Positions 50,166 to 62,847 of a stretch of 64,000 bases of DNA are shown here, one piece after another. This stretch comes from Eledone cirrhosa (lineage: Eukaryota): assembly GCA_964016885.1 (NCBI GenBank), contig OZ024757.1, positions 7,936,001-8,000,000 of the forward strand, given 5' to 3'. Numbering within the stretch: position 1 is the first letter of the stretch; each line of letters starts with the position of its first letter. The notes below the pieces were generated by a model, which saw only the letters and a list, made by a program, of their open reading frames with translations, was not told where the DNA came from and made no database searches. The translations under genes were made by a program, and so were the position numbers.

Positions 50166-50573
50166 ACTAATTCTTGAAGAATTCTTCAAAGTTCTGAAGA
50201 TATTTGACTGTGTAAGACAGATGTTGGTATAAGAAAGTGTAAGAGAGAGTATCTGTGTGTATTTGTGTCTTAATAAATGAGGATTGTTCACCACGGAGTG
50301 TAGAAAAGTACACAATATCTGCTGTGTTAACAATACAAATAATACGTACTTTATATTTCAAGTCCAAGTGTAAAGTCAAGAAAGACCAGGGAAGCTAATT
50401 GTTCAGATGTTGGTGATTTAAACCTATTTCTCTCTGTCCTGTAAAATGTGGAACAACCAATTCACGATGTGGCGTAGTTTCTCATGAAATGAAATATTTA
50501 ATCATGTAGGAGATGGAACACCTACCCTGGAACATGTAGCCCACTCTATGTTATCTACAGGATATTAACTTTC

Positions 50574-51036
50574 GGCACTACCATGCTATTAGCTGTCACA
50601 AGTGAAAGTTCCGTCAACCTTCTCAATCGTAAACATCCTTTATTTCCGTATTACCACGCTTTATTTTAATAAAGCATATCGATGTCAGTGGAGTTGTTAA
50701 TTAAATGAAAACATAGGTGGCCCTTAAAAGGGCAAGATTAGAAAACAAGTCATGGTTATCAAATAAATTGGATTTAATCATTTATATTTTCATAGTCATG
50801 GTTATCAATTTCATGTATAGGGTTGGTGAAACAAATTTGATAACCATATATTTGTTTATAAACTTAAATTTCTTTTCTAATTTGTCCCCTTTTAAGGGCC
50901 ACCTATATTTCCATTTTAGTAACACCACTTACATCGATATGCTTTATTAAAATAACCCATGGTAATACAGAAATAAAGGATGTTTACTATTGAGAAGGTT
51001 GGCGGAACTTGTGACAGCTAGTAGCATGGTAGTGCC
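50574..51036. mobile_element. Foldback MITE with long TIRs (GGCAC...GTGCC; Merlin-like termini)
   Basis: GGCACTACCATGCTA.TAGCTGTCACAAGT... versus ...ACTTGTGACAGCTAGTAGCATGGTAGTGCC; arms exceed 100 bp; no TSD visible. Confidence 0.8.
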
Positions 51037-51284
51037 AATTAAATTATAAATTATAAATTAACATCGAAAAATTAGTAAAATAAAATATTACGGTCCTCAA
51101 TACAGGTGGACCGCCCTGTCTTGCACTAACATAGTCTCCAACGTAGAATGTTTTCTTTTTTACCAGTGTTTAATATATATATTTTTTTAATCCTATTGTA
51201 AAGATTATGTTGAAATTCTGAAAATCTAATAAATGTATGATTTTCAAAATAAAAAAATTTAAAGGAAGTAATTTTGTACTCTCA

Positions 51285-51712
51285 TAAGAGGAGGATAGAG
51301 TAATAGATGTAAAGAAAGGGTGAGAACTAAGAGGTTGATAGAGTAATAGATGTAAAGAGAGGGGGAGAAATAAGAGGTTGATAGAGTAATAGATGTAAAG
51401 AGGGGGAGAAATAAGAGGTTGATAGAGTTATAGATGTAAAGAGAGGGGGAGAAATAAGAGGGAGAAAGAGTTATATATGTAAAAAGAGGGAAGGAAATAA
51501 GAGAGAATAAGAGTAATAGATGTTAAGAGAGGGGGAGAAATAAGAGGGAGAAAGAGTTATAGATGTAAATAGAGGGCCAGAACTAAGGGGTAGATAGAGT
51601 AATAGATGTAAAGAGAGGGTGAGAAATACGCGGAAGATAGAGTAAAAGATTTAAAGAGAGGGGGAGAAGGACGAGATAGATAGACATAAAAATGTAAAGA
51701 GAGGGGGAGAGT
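51285..51712. repeat. Purine-rich ~43-bp minisatellite
   Basis: GATAGAGTAATAGATGTAAAGAGAGGGGGAGAAATAAGAG-like units, about 10 imperfect copies. Confidence 0.8.
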
Positions 51713-52149
51713 GTGACTCGCATTTATCTGTCTATCTCTCTTTTTTTTGCTCCTTCCTTATATCGTAGTTTCTCACCGCTCCTCCGCAAAGCCGATCACC
51801 GCGCCCTCTTTGCTCTTTTTCAGTGACCTGGAACTAAGTAAAAAGAGTAGGAGATAACTCGAGAAGAGCCGGAGAGGGTGAGATTCGAACCATGTAAAGT
51901 CGTAGGCCCTTGAGGTTCGTAAGGGGCTGTTACTGGACAACCCGGGCAGCAAGGCAAATCGCGCTTAAAATAAAGCTTATATTGAGCAAAAAAAATCCCT
52001 GTCATGTCGCCATCTTGTTTGTTGTTCTTTTATTTTATGTAAACATTCGCTGCTCTAGCGTCTTATTTCCTGTTAAATTACACTTAATTCCATTTGAATA
52101 AACTTTTTTTCTGTTTTTTTTAGTATTGTAGCGGTTTTATTGTATTGTA

Positions 52150-54810
52150 TCAGATGAAAGAATGGTATTTAACTAATGTATTGGTACGTGATGGGGCCCA
52201 CCCACAGCCCCGGCGGACAGAATGGAGAAGGCGTTTCCACGGAGGACGGCAAGGGATACGCGCTGGAAAAGCCACTCCAACTCGTGGGGCTCACACCTAC
52301 GGCTGGCCACCTCAGCGCCTATGGTGGTGAGTAAGGAGGTAGCCCTGGAGCCGAGGACACCAGAAGTCTCCACTGCCAGGGGTACGACTACAAACCTGTC
52401 GGAGAGCGACCGGTATTTGAGGAGTTTGACCCCCTCAGCCCGACGTGCAGCAGAACCTGGGCCAGTCGCAGACTGCACCAGGTTGCGGCTGCAGAAAGTG
52501 TCGGTGCAAGTGGATCCCAGACGAGGAGTTTGCCACGGCGCAACGGGAAGATGGTCATGCCATCTGGCCTTTTGACGTCCCCTCGATCCAGCCCCACCGG
52601 CTCGAGCTGGGAAGGGAAGCCTGCAGCGTCCAAGCCATGCTTAATAACCTCGTTGAGGGCAGTATGGCGTGGAATGCGACCGGCACTGTGGCAACTGGAA
52701 AGCGGGTGGAGGCCGAAAGAGTTCATGGTGGAACCGCAGCGACATTGGTGTGGCTGGCAGATCCGGAGGCCGAGCCTCAGGGAAACGCCGAATCGCAGGC
52801 TATGGTTGTCTAGCTGCGTGACAGTGGAGAAGGAAGGCAGAGCATGGAGCCAGGCACCACTGTGGGGTTTGGAGGCCGCACGAAAACAAGCAAGGCGGTG
52901 CTGGTCGAGCTGGCGCGTGAGCCTGTCTGAGGCCAAGCTGCACTGGATGGCATCCCAAGTGCATTGGGGGACTTGACGTCAACAGGAGAAGAAGGAGGAG
53001 GGACGTCTACTGGGCTAAGTCCCAGCCGGTCCCACGTCTCACAGGCGGCCACACGTTCTCTGAACACAGAGGGTTCTGTTGTGTTTTGAAGAACTCTGCT
53101 GACGAGGACGCGGCACGAGGTTACCGACGAAAGATACGCCGGCAAAGCTAGTGAGATCGGGGACTGGAGGCGAAGGCCGCCATACCTGACCAGTAAAGTG
53201 GCCTGTTGCCACCCTATGTCGTCAAACTTGACGGTGCATATCCCCTCGGCTGCTGCTCGCATACAAGTATCGAGGTCAGCGAGGAGAGATGTCTGGGTGT
53301 ATCATGGAGTGCTGCGGAGTGTATAGAGGGGCTTCGGCATGGCGAAGCAGTTCCTCAGCAGAAAGAGAGCTGGGTGGCCGACAATCAAGCTCAGTTGGCT
53401 CGTGAGAGTCTGGAACTTTTGAAGCCTGGACCTGATGGTGCAGCGGATGGCCGGCGGGTGGATCGGTGACCCGAGGATGAGGACATCCTCTTTGGGGTGG
53501 GGGTCACCTGAACCTGGGGGAGAATGGACCGCACGTCCAAGACGAAGGCTGCGAAGCTTCCAGCATCGAGGCTGACGTTCACCACCTCCGACTTAGCCGA
53601 GTTGACCTGGAGGCCGATTCCCGCCAGGGCAGGAATCACCAATTGAAGGTCTTGGTAGACCGTCCGTACGGGCCCGCCCAACGTAGCATCATCCAGATAC
53701 CAAACGTTGAGAGGGGCCGTGATACTCCGGGCGATGTGGTCAACACCAAGGGCGAACAGGAGGGGTCCCAAAGGTTCGCCCTGTTGGACCCCCAGTAGCC
53801 GAGAGTATGACCGTATCAGCAGCTAGGAGCATGCTCGGGGCTCCATATGACAGGTAGGCCAGCGGCTAGGCAGAGGGGGCTCGGCTGAGGCAGGCCTCGA
53901 GCAGATGATCCCAGCGTAAAGAGTTAAAGGCATTCCTCATGTCAAGCTTGACAATGAGGTGCCTGGAGTCCCTGGATGCCGGTACCGATGGGCAGCTGCT
54001 GAAGAACTGCCTGATTGCATGAGAGGCTCCCTCGCAGCCACCGGACACGCCGACACCCAGTTGCACCGGAATAAACTCCTCACCCAGTTCGTGTGTGACG
54101 GACTTGCAGATCACCTTGGCAGCCAGCCTCCGGAAGACATTGCCCACAGCAATGGGGCGTATGCCACCCTCTTTCTTCCTGAGAGCGGTGAGGCTGGCCG
54201 AAAAAAAGAGGCCTCGGGCGTAAGGGTCGAGGGCACCATGAATGAGCCTATTGGTGAGCGTCACAATTGCATTCAGAACGGCGGCGCCCGGCCTCAGCAG
54301 AGAGGGGGGATGTCAACTCCCTGAGGTGGCCTGGTCGGAGACCATCAACACCTCCGCAGCTGCTAGCTGGGAAGGACCTGACGGCGGGCATGATATCTGC
54401 ATCAGTAGCCACAAGGAGGAAGTGGGGGTCGGGTGGGGGTATAGGTCTGAGATCAGTGGGTGGCTCAGGGTGTTTGAGCCGCAGAGCAGCCAGGACTTCC
54501 TCGGTGGGTTCGAGGACAGTGTCCTCTGAGGCAACAACTCTGATTGCGGCCGAGACATCACCCATGATAAGCTTTGCGTTTACCTGGTCACGCAACCGCT
54601 TGGCGCTGGCCTCGGGGGTGGAGGAGAGGGGGTAGCTGAGGTTGGGGTGTGTGGCGTCCCTGGGCACGCTTGGAATGGGCGCTCGCCCAAATGACGAAAC
54701 ATTGGCCTTGACGAAGGCTGCTGTTAACCGGTCAGCGCCAGAGCTGGGGAGGCCGAGGGCGAATGGGGCGAAATAGAACAACCGCTCCCAGTCACTGGCT
54801 CGATTGGAGT
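52150..54810 (-). mobile_element. CRE-type non-LTR retrotransposon with restriction-like endonuclease, frameshifted and 5'-truncated
   Basis: RT motifs GGIRPIAVG, KLDMRNAFNS, GPLLFALG, WYLDD; C-terminal CRCG..HPLS knuckle, RPDG..LVWD, KY..L...VPLAVETSG; GC-rich; spread over several frames. Confidence 0.9.
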
Positions 54811-54957
54811 CCTTGTAATGGAACTCTAGTAGACACAATTGTAAAGTAAGAATAGATATGACAGTGTAAGACTGATGTCGGGGAGAGAAAATTGTGTGTA
54901 TCGTCTTCCTGTCTTCCTCCGGTTGCAACCTTTTTTGAAATATCCAGTTCTGCGTTT

Positions 54958-55033
54958 ACAGATTGACTTTGTTAGTTTCAGAAGATCCCGTTAAGGGTGA
55001 AAGCAGCGATTCTTTGCTTAAACTTTAATCTGT
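54958..55033 (+). ncRNA. Type I hammerhead ribozyme copy with core mutation (CAGAAGA)
   Basis: All three stems identical to 2784-2860; differences lie in the bulge and loop III, plus U4>A in the core; AATAAA then (TA)n follow. Confidence 0.7.
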
Positions 55034-55040
55034 TATTTTA

Positions 55041-55110
<70 letters not shown>

Positions 55111-55151
55111 GTTACACAAGAGATATAATTAGATTAATTAAAGTTATAATG

Positions 55152-55295
55152 GTTTCTTATTTAGGCACAAGGCCTGCAATTTGGGGGGAGGGGAAAGTCG
55201 ATTAAATCGACCCCAGTGCGTGACTGGTACTTTATTTTATCGACCGCGTAAGGATGAAAGGCAAAGTTAACCTCGGCAGGATTTGAACTCAGACC
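55152..55295 (-). mobile_element. SINE 3' part (same family as 18865)
   Basis: TTTATCGACC.CGTAAGGATGAAAGGCAAAGTTAACCTCGGC.GGATTTGAACTCAG. Confidence 0.75.
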
Positions 55296-55470
55296 AAATA
55301 ATGATTCCATTTATTGGCCACAAGGGCCAACTCTCAGACCAAATAATAAAGACAGTCATGATAACAATAACCTGAAATAAAGGATTACGTCGAGTGCTCT
55401 CCCTAATATTACATCAAGGTTGACTATACGGAATGACCAGTTCTATCCAGTGGTGAGCCAACAAACCTAA

Positions 55471-55517
<47 letters not shown>

Positions 55518-55627
55518 ACAGGGAGAATGATATTCTGACGGTCTTCCAGTTTATTCCGAAGTCTGTACAAAAGATTTACTGTTGATTGTATAACTAAACT
55601 TTGGAGATTTTAAACAAAAAACTAAAT

Positions 55628-56478
55628 TGTAATGGATAATATCACAGCTATTTCTAGCAGGTAGAGAGACTACGTAGAGGTTTTCTTATTGATGTATAAT
55701 TGATATTTTACTGAGTGATACTTTCTGACATACAATGAATTAAATACGATTGGAAGTGTGTCTGAATACATTAAATTATATCAGGGACTGTTAACGTATG
55801 ACACCGGTAAGGGAGTTAAATCATTTCCAACGACACCGTGTACTTGCTGTTTACTATAACTTTAATTAATCTAATTATATCTTGTGTAACAATTATATAT
55901 ATATATATATACACAATTTTAATTCCCCGACATCAGTCTTACACTGTCATATCTATTCTTACTTTACAATTGTGTCTACTAAGAGTTCCATTACAATCTG
56001 TAGTAGTAAAACTACTATTTCACCAGAACATCTGCTATCAGTCATTTATAGACAATATATATATTTTAGACCACATATCAACCTAATATATATATATGTC
56101 CTGTTAAATCTGTAGCTAAAGACATAAAGTCAGCCTCACTTCTTCATTCTGACAAGATATCAATTTATGACTAAAGATGAAGAAGATACACCAACGTTAA
56201 TGTCGTGAAATAAAGCTGATAACATTGAAACTTCTAATTTGATAACAAAGAGATTATTTCTTTGGTTGTTTAGTAACAACTAACAACACAACACATTGAT
56301 TATATGTGAAGGAGGTAAGTTGACAAAGATTTACTTAATGTCTATATTAATGTGTGTAAATAATATAATTATGTGAACCCCACAACGACCCAGTAATTAA
56401 CCAGATTCCACTGTTACATGTGATATAAAATATATTGTTATCATGACTGTCTTTATTATTTAAATTATCTCCGTATAT
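55628..56478 (+). promoter_or_regulatory. Putative promoter and non-coding 5' exons of the downstream zinc-finger gene
   Basis: Cassette shared with regions upstream of other zinc-finger genes here; donors GACACCG|GTAAGG (~55807) and GAAGGAG|GTAAGT (~56314). Function is inferred. Confidence 0.5.
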
Positions 56479-56719
56479 TTAATTATCTTGTTCACTACCT
56501 TACATAATAAAATATATTTTATATTTAACTGTACCTTGTTATTGCTTTAAGTAAATTAAAGATATATTTATTATTTAAATTACCTCTGTCTATTTAATTA
56601 TGTGGTTCACTACCTTACATTATAAAATATAGTTTATATTTAGCTGTACCTTGTTGTTTCAGGGAAGTTTTGTTCGTTTTAGTCTAAATCTATCTTGATT
56701 TAATTTACTTCATCTACAC

Positions 56720-57704
56720 CACAGGTTCTCAACCCATTTAGGCCAAACGCCCCCCCCCCCCTTTTGTCCCTCGAATTCATGAAACGCCCCCCCCCCCATT
56801 TTTTCAATTTTTCAATATACTACTGATTTTTATATCTAGTTTACTAAAAAATTGATTAACAATATTCCAAACACGTGTGTATTATCTGATTATGTGTTGT
56901 ATGTGGTCCTAGATGTGTGTATTATCTGATTATGTGTTGTATGTGGTCCTAGATGTGTGTATTATCTGATTATGTGTTGTATGTGGTCCTAGACGTGTGT
57001 ATTATCTGATTATGTGTTGTATGTGGTCCTAGATGTGTGTATTATCTGATTATGTGTTGTATGTGGTCCTAGATGTGTGTATTATCTGATTATGTGTTGT
57101 ATGTGGTCCTAGACGTGTGTATTATCTGATTATGTGTTGTATGTGGTCCTAGATGTGTGTATTATCTGATTATGTGTTGTATGTGGTCCTAGATGTGTGT
57201 ATTATCTGATTATGTGTTGTATGTGGTCCTAGATGTGTGTATTATCTGATTATGTGTTGTATGTGGTCCTAGATGTGTGTATTATCTGATTATGTGTGTA
57301 TTATCTGATTATGTGTTGTATGTGGTCCTAGATGTGTGTATTATCTGATAATGTGTTGTATGTGGTCCTAGATGTGTGTATTATCTGATTATGTGTTGTA
57401 TGTAGTCCTAGATGTGTGTATTATCTGATTATGTGTTGTATGTGGTCCTAGATGTGTGTATTATCTGATTATGTGTTGTATGTGGTCCTAGATGTGTGTA
57501 TTATCTGATTATGTGTTGTATGTGGTCCTAGATATGTGTATTATCTGATTATGTGTTGTATGTGGTCCTAGATGTGTGTATTATCTGATTATGTGTTGTA
57601 TGTGGTCCTAGATGTGTGTATTATCTGATTATGTGTTGTATGTGGTCCTAGATGTGTGTTCTACTCGCTGTGCATATGCCCCCCCCCCCCATTGAGAACC
57701 TTTG
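56720..57704. mobile_element. hAT/Charlie (MER5-like) MITE containing a satellite
   Basis: CACAGGTTCTCAA...TTGAGAACCTTTG termini; perfect 8-bp TSD ATCTACAC (56712-56719 and 57705-57712). Confidence 0.88.
56875..57658. repeat. 40-bp satellite (~19-20 copies)
   Basis: GTGTGTATTATCTGATTATGTGTTGTATGTGGTCCTAGAT. Confidence 0.96.
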
Positions 57705-57712
57705 ATCTACAC

Positions 57713-59310
57713 CATCATCATCGTTTTACGTCCATTTTTCAATCCCGGCATGGGTTGGTGGTTCCTTTTAAGCACATCTCCCCACTTGCTTGTTCCTTTG
57801 TCATCTGTGAGTCTCAGCAATTTGAGATCAGCTCTCACCACATCTACCCTGGTCTCCTTCTAGTATGGCTTCCCTTCTCTGGTTTTCCGTGGCACTTCTT
57901 TAACCAGTGATTACCAATTTCTTCCTCAATTTATCCAAGCTCTGCCTTCCTCTCACATTTACGTTGCACACCCAACGAAGCATGGTTGCTCCATTTCTCT
58001 CCAGCTTATGCATGTCTTCTGCAGTTACTGCCCATATTTCACTTCCATGCAGTATTGCACTTTACACACAGGCATTGTACAGCCAACATCTTTGTACGTA
58101 GGGAGAAACCTATATTTGCCAACAGTGTAAGTAGCTCTCTAAACTACAATCCTATCCTCTCTTACGAGGCACCCTCCTCTGCTGCTAATTAGGTTACCTA
58201 GATAGCGGAAGCTATCATTGTGTACAGTTTATGCCTACTTCTTTCCTACATATGCAGTAGGGTCGCTTATTCTCTAGTTCTTTTATGGATTCAGCTATAA
58301 GGACCAGATCATTCACATAGACTGTTTCCCGTGAAGAGCCAGTCTTAAACTCATTGGTTGTGGCCTGGAGAACTATGATGAACAGCAGTGGGTTGTGAAC
58401 TGAACCATGATGAACACCTACCTGTACATTGAATTCTTCACTAAACTCCCTTCCTACTCTCACTTTACTGACAGCTCCTCTGTACATGGCTTGCGCTGTT
58501 CTCAAAAGCCATTCTCCACCTAATTTTCTGAAGGACCACCAGATAATAGAGTAAGGTACTCTGTCAAAGGCCTTTTCTAGATCTACAAAAGCTAAATATT
58601 GCAGCTTAATCTTGGCTAGGAACCTCTCTTGTAGTTGTGTCACTAACAAGTTTCATCAGTAATTCCAAAGAGAATGTCAATTATATGTGTATGTGTGTTG
58701 AACAATGAACATAAAACAAAAGTCTAAGATTGCTTCTTAATTTATTCTCTGCATTCATCAATCTTTCATAGTAACATTTCCAGGCCTCTTTCTTTTGAGC
58801 ATCAGTGGTGCTACGTGTACCAGTGTCATTTTTAACACACCTTTCCCTGTCTTGCAATGTGGAACACTTCACACCTCTCATTCTCATGTCTCAATACGTT
58901 GGTAAACTTTCTTTTTTCAGCCTCTCTCTGTGTTATGTATACCTGTCTTCTAGCTTCTCTCTTAGCTACCTGGTCCTGGTCTGACGCCCCTATTTTTCCA
59001 GTCTTTCCATGCCTGTCACTTGTCTTTAACCCTTTATCATTTAAACTGGCCATATCCAGCCAGAATTCTCTCACCTTCTGTTCAAACCGGCTGTAACTCG
59101 CTGCTCATATTGATGTTAATGTATTGTCCTCAAAATAAGTAATATCAAAGTCTCATAGATTCAATATTATGTGAGATAAAGACTTTACCATGAAAATATA
59201 ATAGTAAATATAGAGTAATGTAAATGCTACATGGTTAATAGCTCTATCTACTGTGCTGTTTCACCACTAGGTCACCCTCTGTCTGGCTGGTACTTTGTTC
59301 CAGCCACAAG
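57713..59310 (-). mobile_element. Degenerate RTE LINE fragments
   Basis: LAFVDLEKAFDRVP, VGVHHGSV.NPLLFIIV, YVNDL (ORF 58215-58649); (CAT)n tail at 57713. Confidence 0.82.
59026..59238. mobile_element. piggyBac-like TTAA MITE, second copy
   Basis: TTAA at both ends; reverse complement of 10213-10429; interrupts RTE sequence. Confidence 0.75.
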
Positions 59311-59332
59311 TCTTATCAATTATTCCAAAGAA

Positions 59333-59655
59333 ATTGTCAATTATATATGTGTGTTTGTGGGTATTGAACATTGAAAATAAAACAAAAGTCTGAGATATGA
59401 TTCATTGTTTTACAATCGTTTCAGAGGGTTGATTGATCATGGTAAATCAATATATTGATACAGTGTGATTGATCAGGGATTTTGAGACTAGAAATAGTTA
59501 GTGACATAACAACTACCTGTTTGTCAATATATCAATCTACCATGATCAATCAAACCTCTGAAATGATCGTAAAACAATGAACTAATTAAGAACATATCTT
59601 TGTCTCTAGTTTTATTTTTATTGTTCAAAACACACACATATATATAAATGACACT
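59333..59655. repeat. Imperfect foldback (~130-bp arms)
   Basis: TTCATTGTTTTACAATCGTTTCAGAGG.TTGATTGATCATGGTA versus TACCATGATCAATCAAACCTCTGAAATGATCGTAAAACAATGAA; a partial arm copy is at ~58660-58730. Confidence 0.75.
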
Positions 59656-59802
59656 GTAACTCTAGAAGAATCTTTGAAGGAACCTTATGTGATGAGATCC
59701 TACTACAAAAACTATAACTTTCATCACCCAATCTTGTTGAAACCATCTCTTCAAGGCTGCAATGTGTTCTAACAATGTTATCTTGAATACTAGTATATAT
59801 AT

Positions 59803-60495
59803 ATCATCATTTTACGTCTGTTTTTCCCTGCTTGCAAGGGTGGGACGGGTCCTATTCAGCACAGCATCTCTCCACTTGTCATCTCCTTGGTGAGTTTCAC
59901 CGATCTGAGGTCTTTCTCACCACCTCCGCCCATGTTTTACATGGTCTATCTCTTATGCGTCTTCCTACTACTGGGATTATTTGGCACTTCTTTACCCAGT
60001 GGTCACATGTCTATACCATCTCAGTCTTCTCTCTTGCACACCACAACCTATCCCTCTTATACCCAGTTTCTTTCTCAACTCGTCTATGCTTGGTCGTTCA
60101 CACACATTGACATTGCACATCCAACGGAACATGCTTGCTTCTCTCCAGCCCTCACATATCCTTTGCAGTTGCTGCCCATGTCTTACTACCATGCAACATC
60201 GCACATCGGCATCATATAACCATCCTTTCGTATGCAGGGACAAACCCTTCTTTGTCAACAGAGAAAGCAGCTCATTAAACTTCTTCCAACCCGTCCTTAT
60301 TCTAGAACCTATGGGGGTGGGGGTTGGGTAGTGGGATGGGGGTGTATATTTGGTTAAGAGGTGCCTACTGACTGTAGGTTTCGCTTTGTACATAGGCAAG
60401 GTGGGTCTTCTGTATTACTGAGTAGCGCCTAAGATCTCAGTCCAGTGACATTGTCTTAATGTATATATATACATGTACACACAATTATATATATC

Positions 60496-60526
<31 letters not shown>

Positions 60527-60755
60527 TAAACTGTTTATATACACACATTATTCAACCTGCCCTTTGTTTTGAGGAAAAAGGCTTTAGTAAGTTGCCATGG
60601 TAGTAGCATCCTGAACCTTTTCCATTCCATGTTCACTCAGGCTGCTCTACTTTCAGAACACCCACCTCCACTGATGATATCATCACCCAGGTAGCAGAAG
60701 CTGTCTACCTCTTCTATGTGACCCTCCAACAGTTTGTTAGAGCTTGTTTCCTGTG
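59803..60755 (-). mobile_element. RTE LINE 3' fragments
   Basis: RIRTGWKKFNELLSLLTKKG..EASMFRWMCNV..RLRWYRHV. Confidence 0.75.
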
Positions 60756-60875
60756 AAGGCGTGTGGCTGAGTGGTTAGAGAATTGGATTCGCAATCGTGA
60801 GGTTGTGAGTTCGATTCACCGACCGGGTGATGCGTTATGTCCTTGAGCAAGACATTTTATTTCACATTGCTCCTT
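60756..60875 (+). mobile_element. tRNA-derived CORE-like SINE head
   Basis: TGGCTGAGTGG A-box, GAGTTCGATTC B-box, TGTCCTTGAGCAAGACA. Confidence 0.7.
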
Positions 60876-61951
60876 CTACCTGGAGTTGTGACTGATAGAT
60901 AGTATTAGCAATTGGAAAGACCAATGGAAACATTGTTTCCTCGGTCCAATTTGACAAAAGTCAATCGTTGCTTCCTGTGAATGTTTGCTGCTTACTGCTC
61001 CTGTGCACTGGCCACATGTAAAACCTATATTCTTAGCTAACATGATATCCTACTATATCTCTTGTGTATCCATTGTTTGTATTTTGGACAGAGAATGGAA
61101 TTTCTACCTACACCTTTCTAGCACACTGAGCAAGGCCATTTTTCTGAGGGGAGCAGGGCCCTGTTTTCCCTTCTACTGATACTTGGCTGGCTAACCCAGA
61201 CATAGTCCTAAACAAATGAAACACTGGTGGAGTCGTAGGGGTACTCTAAGTGACATACAGTATTTCTCGGGCATATTTTAAAACCTGATGGAGCCCATCA
61301 CCTCTCTCATCTGAACACAATTGAGATCTGAATAAAACTTCAAGTGAAATCAGATATTGTATGGATTCATATAGACTCGTAACTCCTGGTCTAAACACAG
61401 CCGATTTCTCCCAGATAAAGAGAGAAAAGAAGTAAGAAAAAGATATAGAGGAACAATTGATTCCTACTAACAAAAAGATGGAAGTTAAACTGGTGTTGAC
61501 ATGTCACCAGGAGAGGAGATAATAGCTATGTTAGAGAGTCCTATCAGAATAAATTTTTCACTAAACTGCCATAGAGCAGACCTCTCTAGAGATAGAAGGA
61601 TAACATTTATAGAACATGCTGGAATACCACTGTTTGCATTGGAGAGAATTACTCTGGACAGGAAAGTTGATATCTACAGTTTACCAATATAGAAATATAA
61701 AATTTCCACTGTTAAATCTATCTCTGCTTCTTAAGTATTCTGTATTATCTCATACTGTTTCTTTCTTATTTCAGAATACCAGATGACATTGGGATAAATT
61801 ATTATTTTCAATCTCGGATACATCACCTCTATTTATAATCATTTGAAGATTATTAACTGAAATCACAGTTGAGGGAAATATAGAAGATATATTTTTTAAG
61901 AATATAATGTAAAAAATATTACAAGTATATTCTGTTGGAGATAAAATTATT

Positions 61952-62847
<896 letters not shown>

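Larger units (their letters stand above)
43317..50573. repeat. Segmental duplication, copy B
   Basis: Colinear with 31578-36153; homology stops exactly at the MITE starting at 50574. Confidence 0.93.

Noticed and set aside
54248-54928. 226-aa ORF as a novel fusion protein
   Set aside because: Chance read-through from repeat and zinc-finger upstream sequence into a truncated CRE fragment, with a TTG start.
60756-60830. Possible tRNA gene
   Set aside because: The A and B boxes run into a SINE core and no acceptor stem forms; it is a SINE head.
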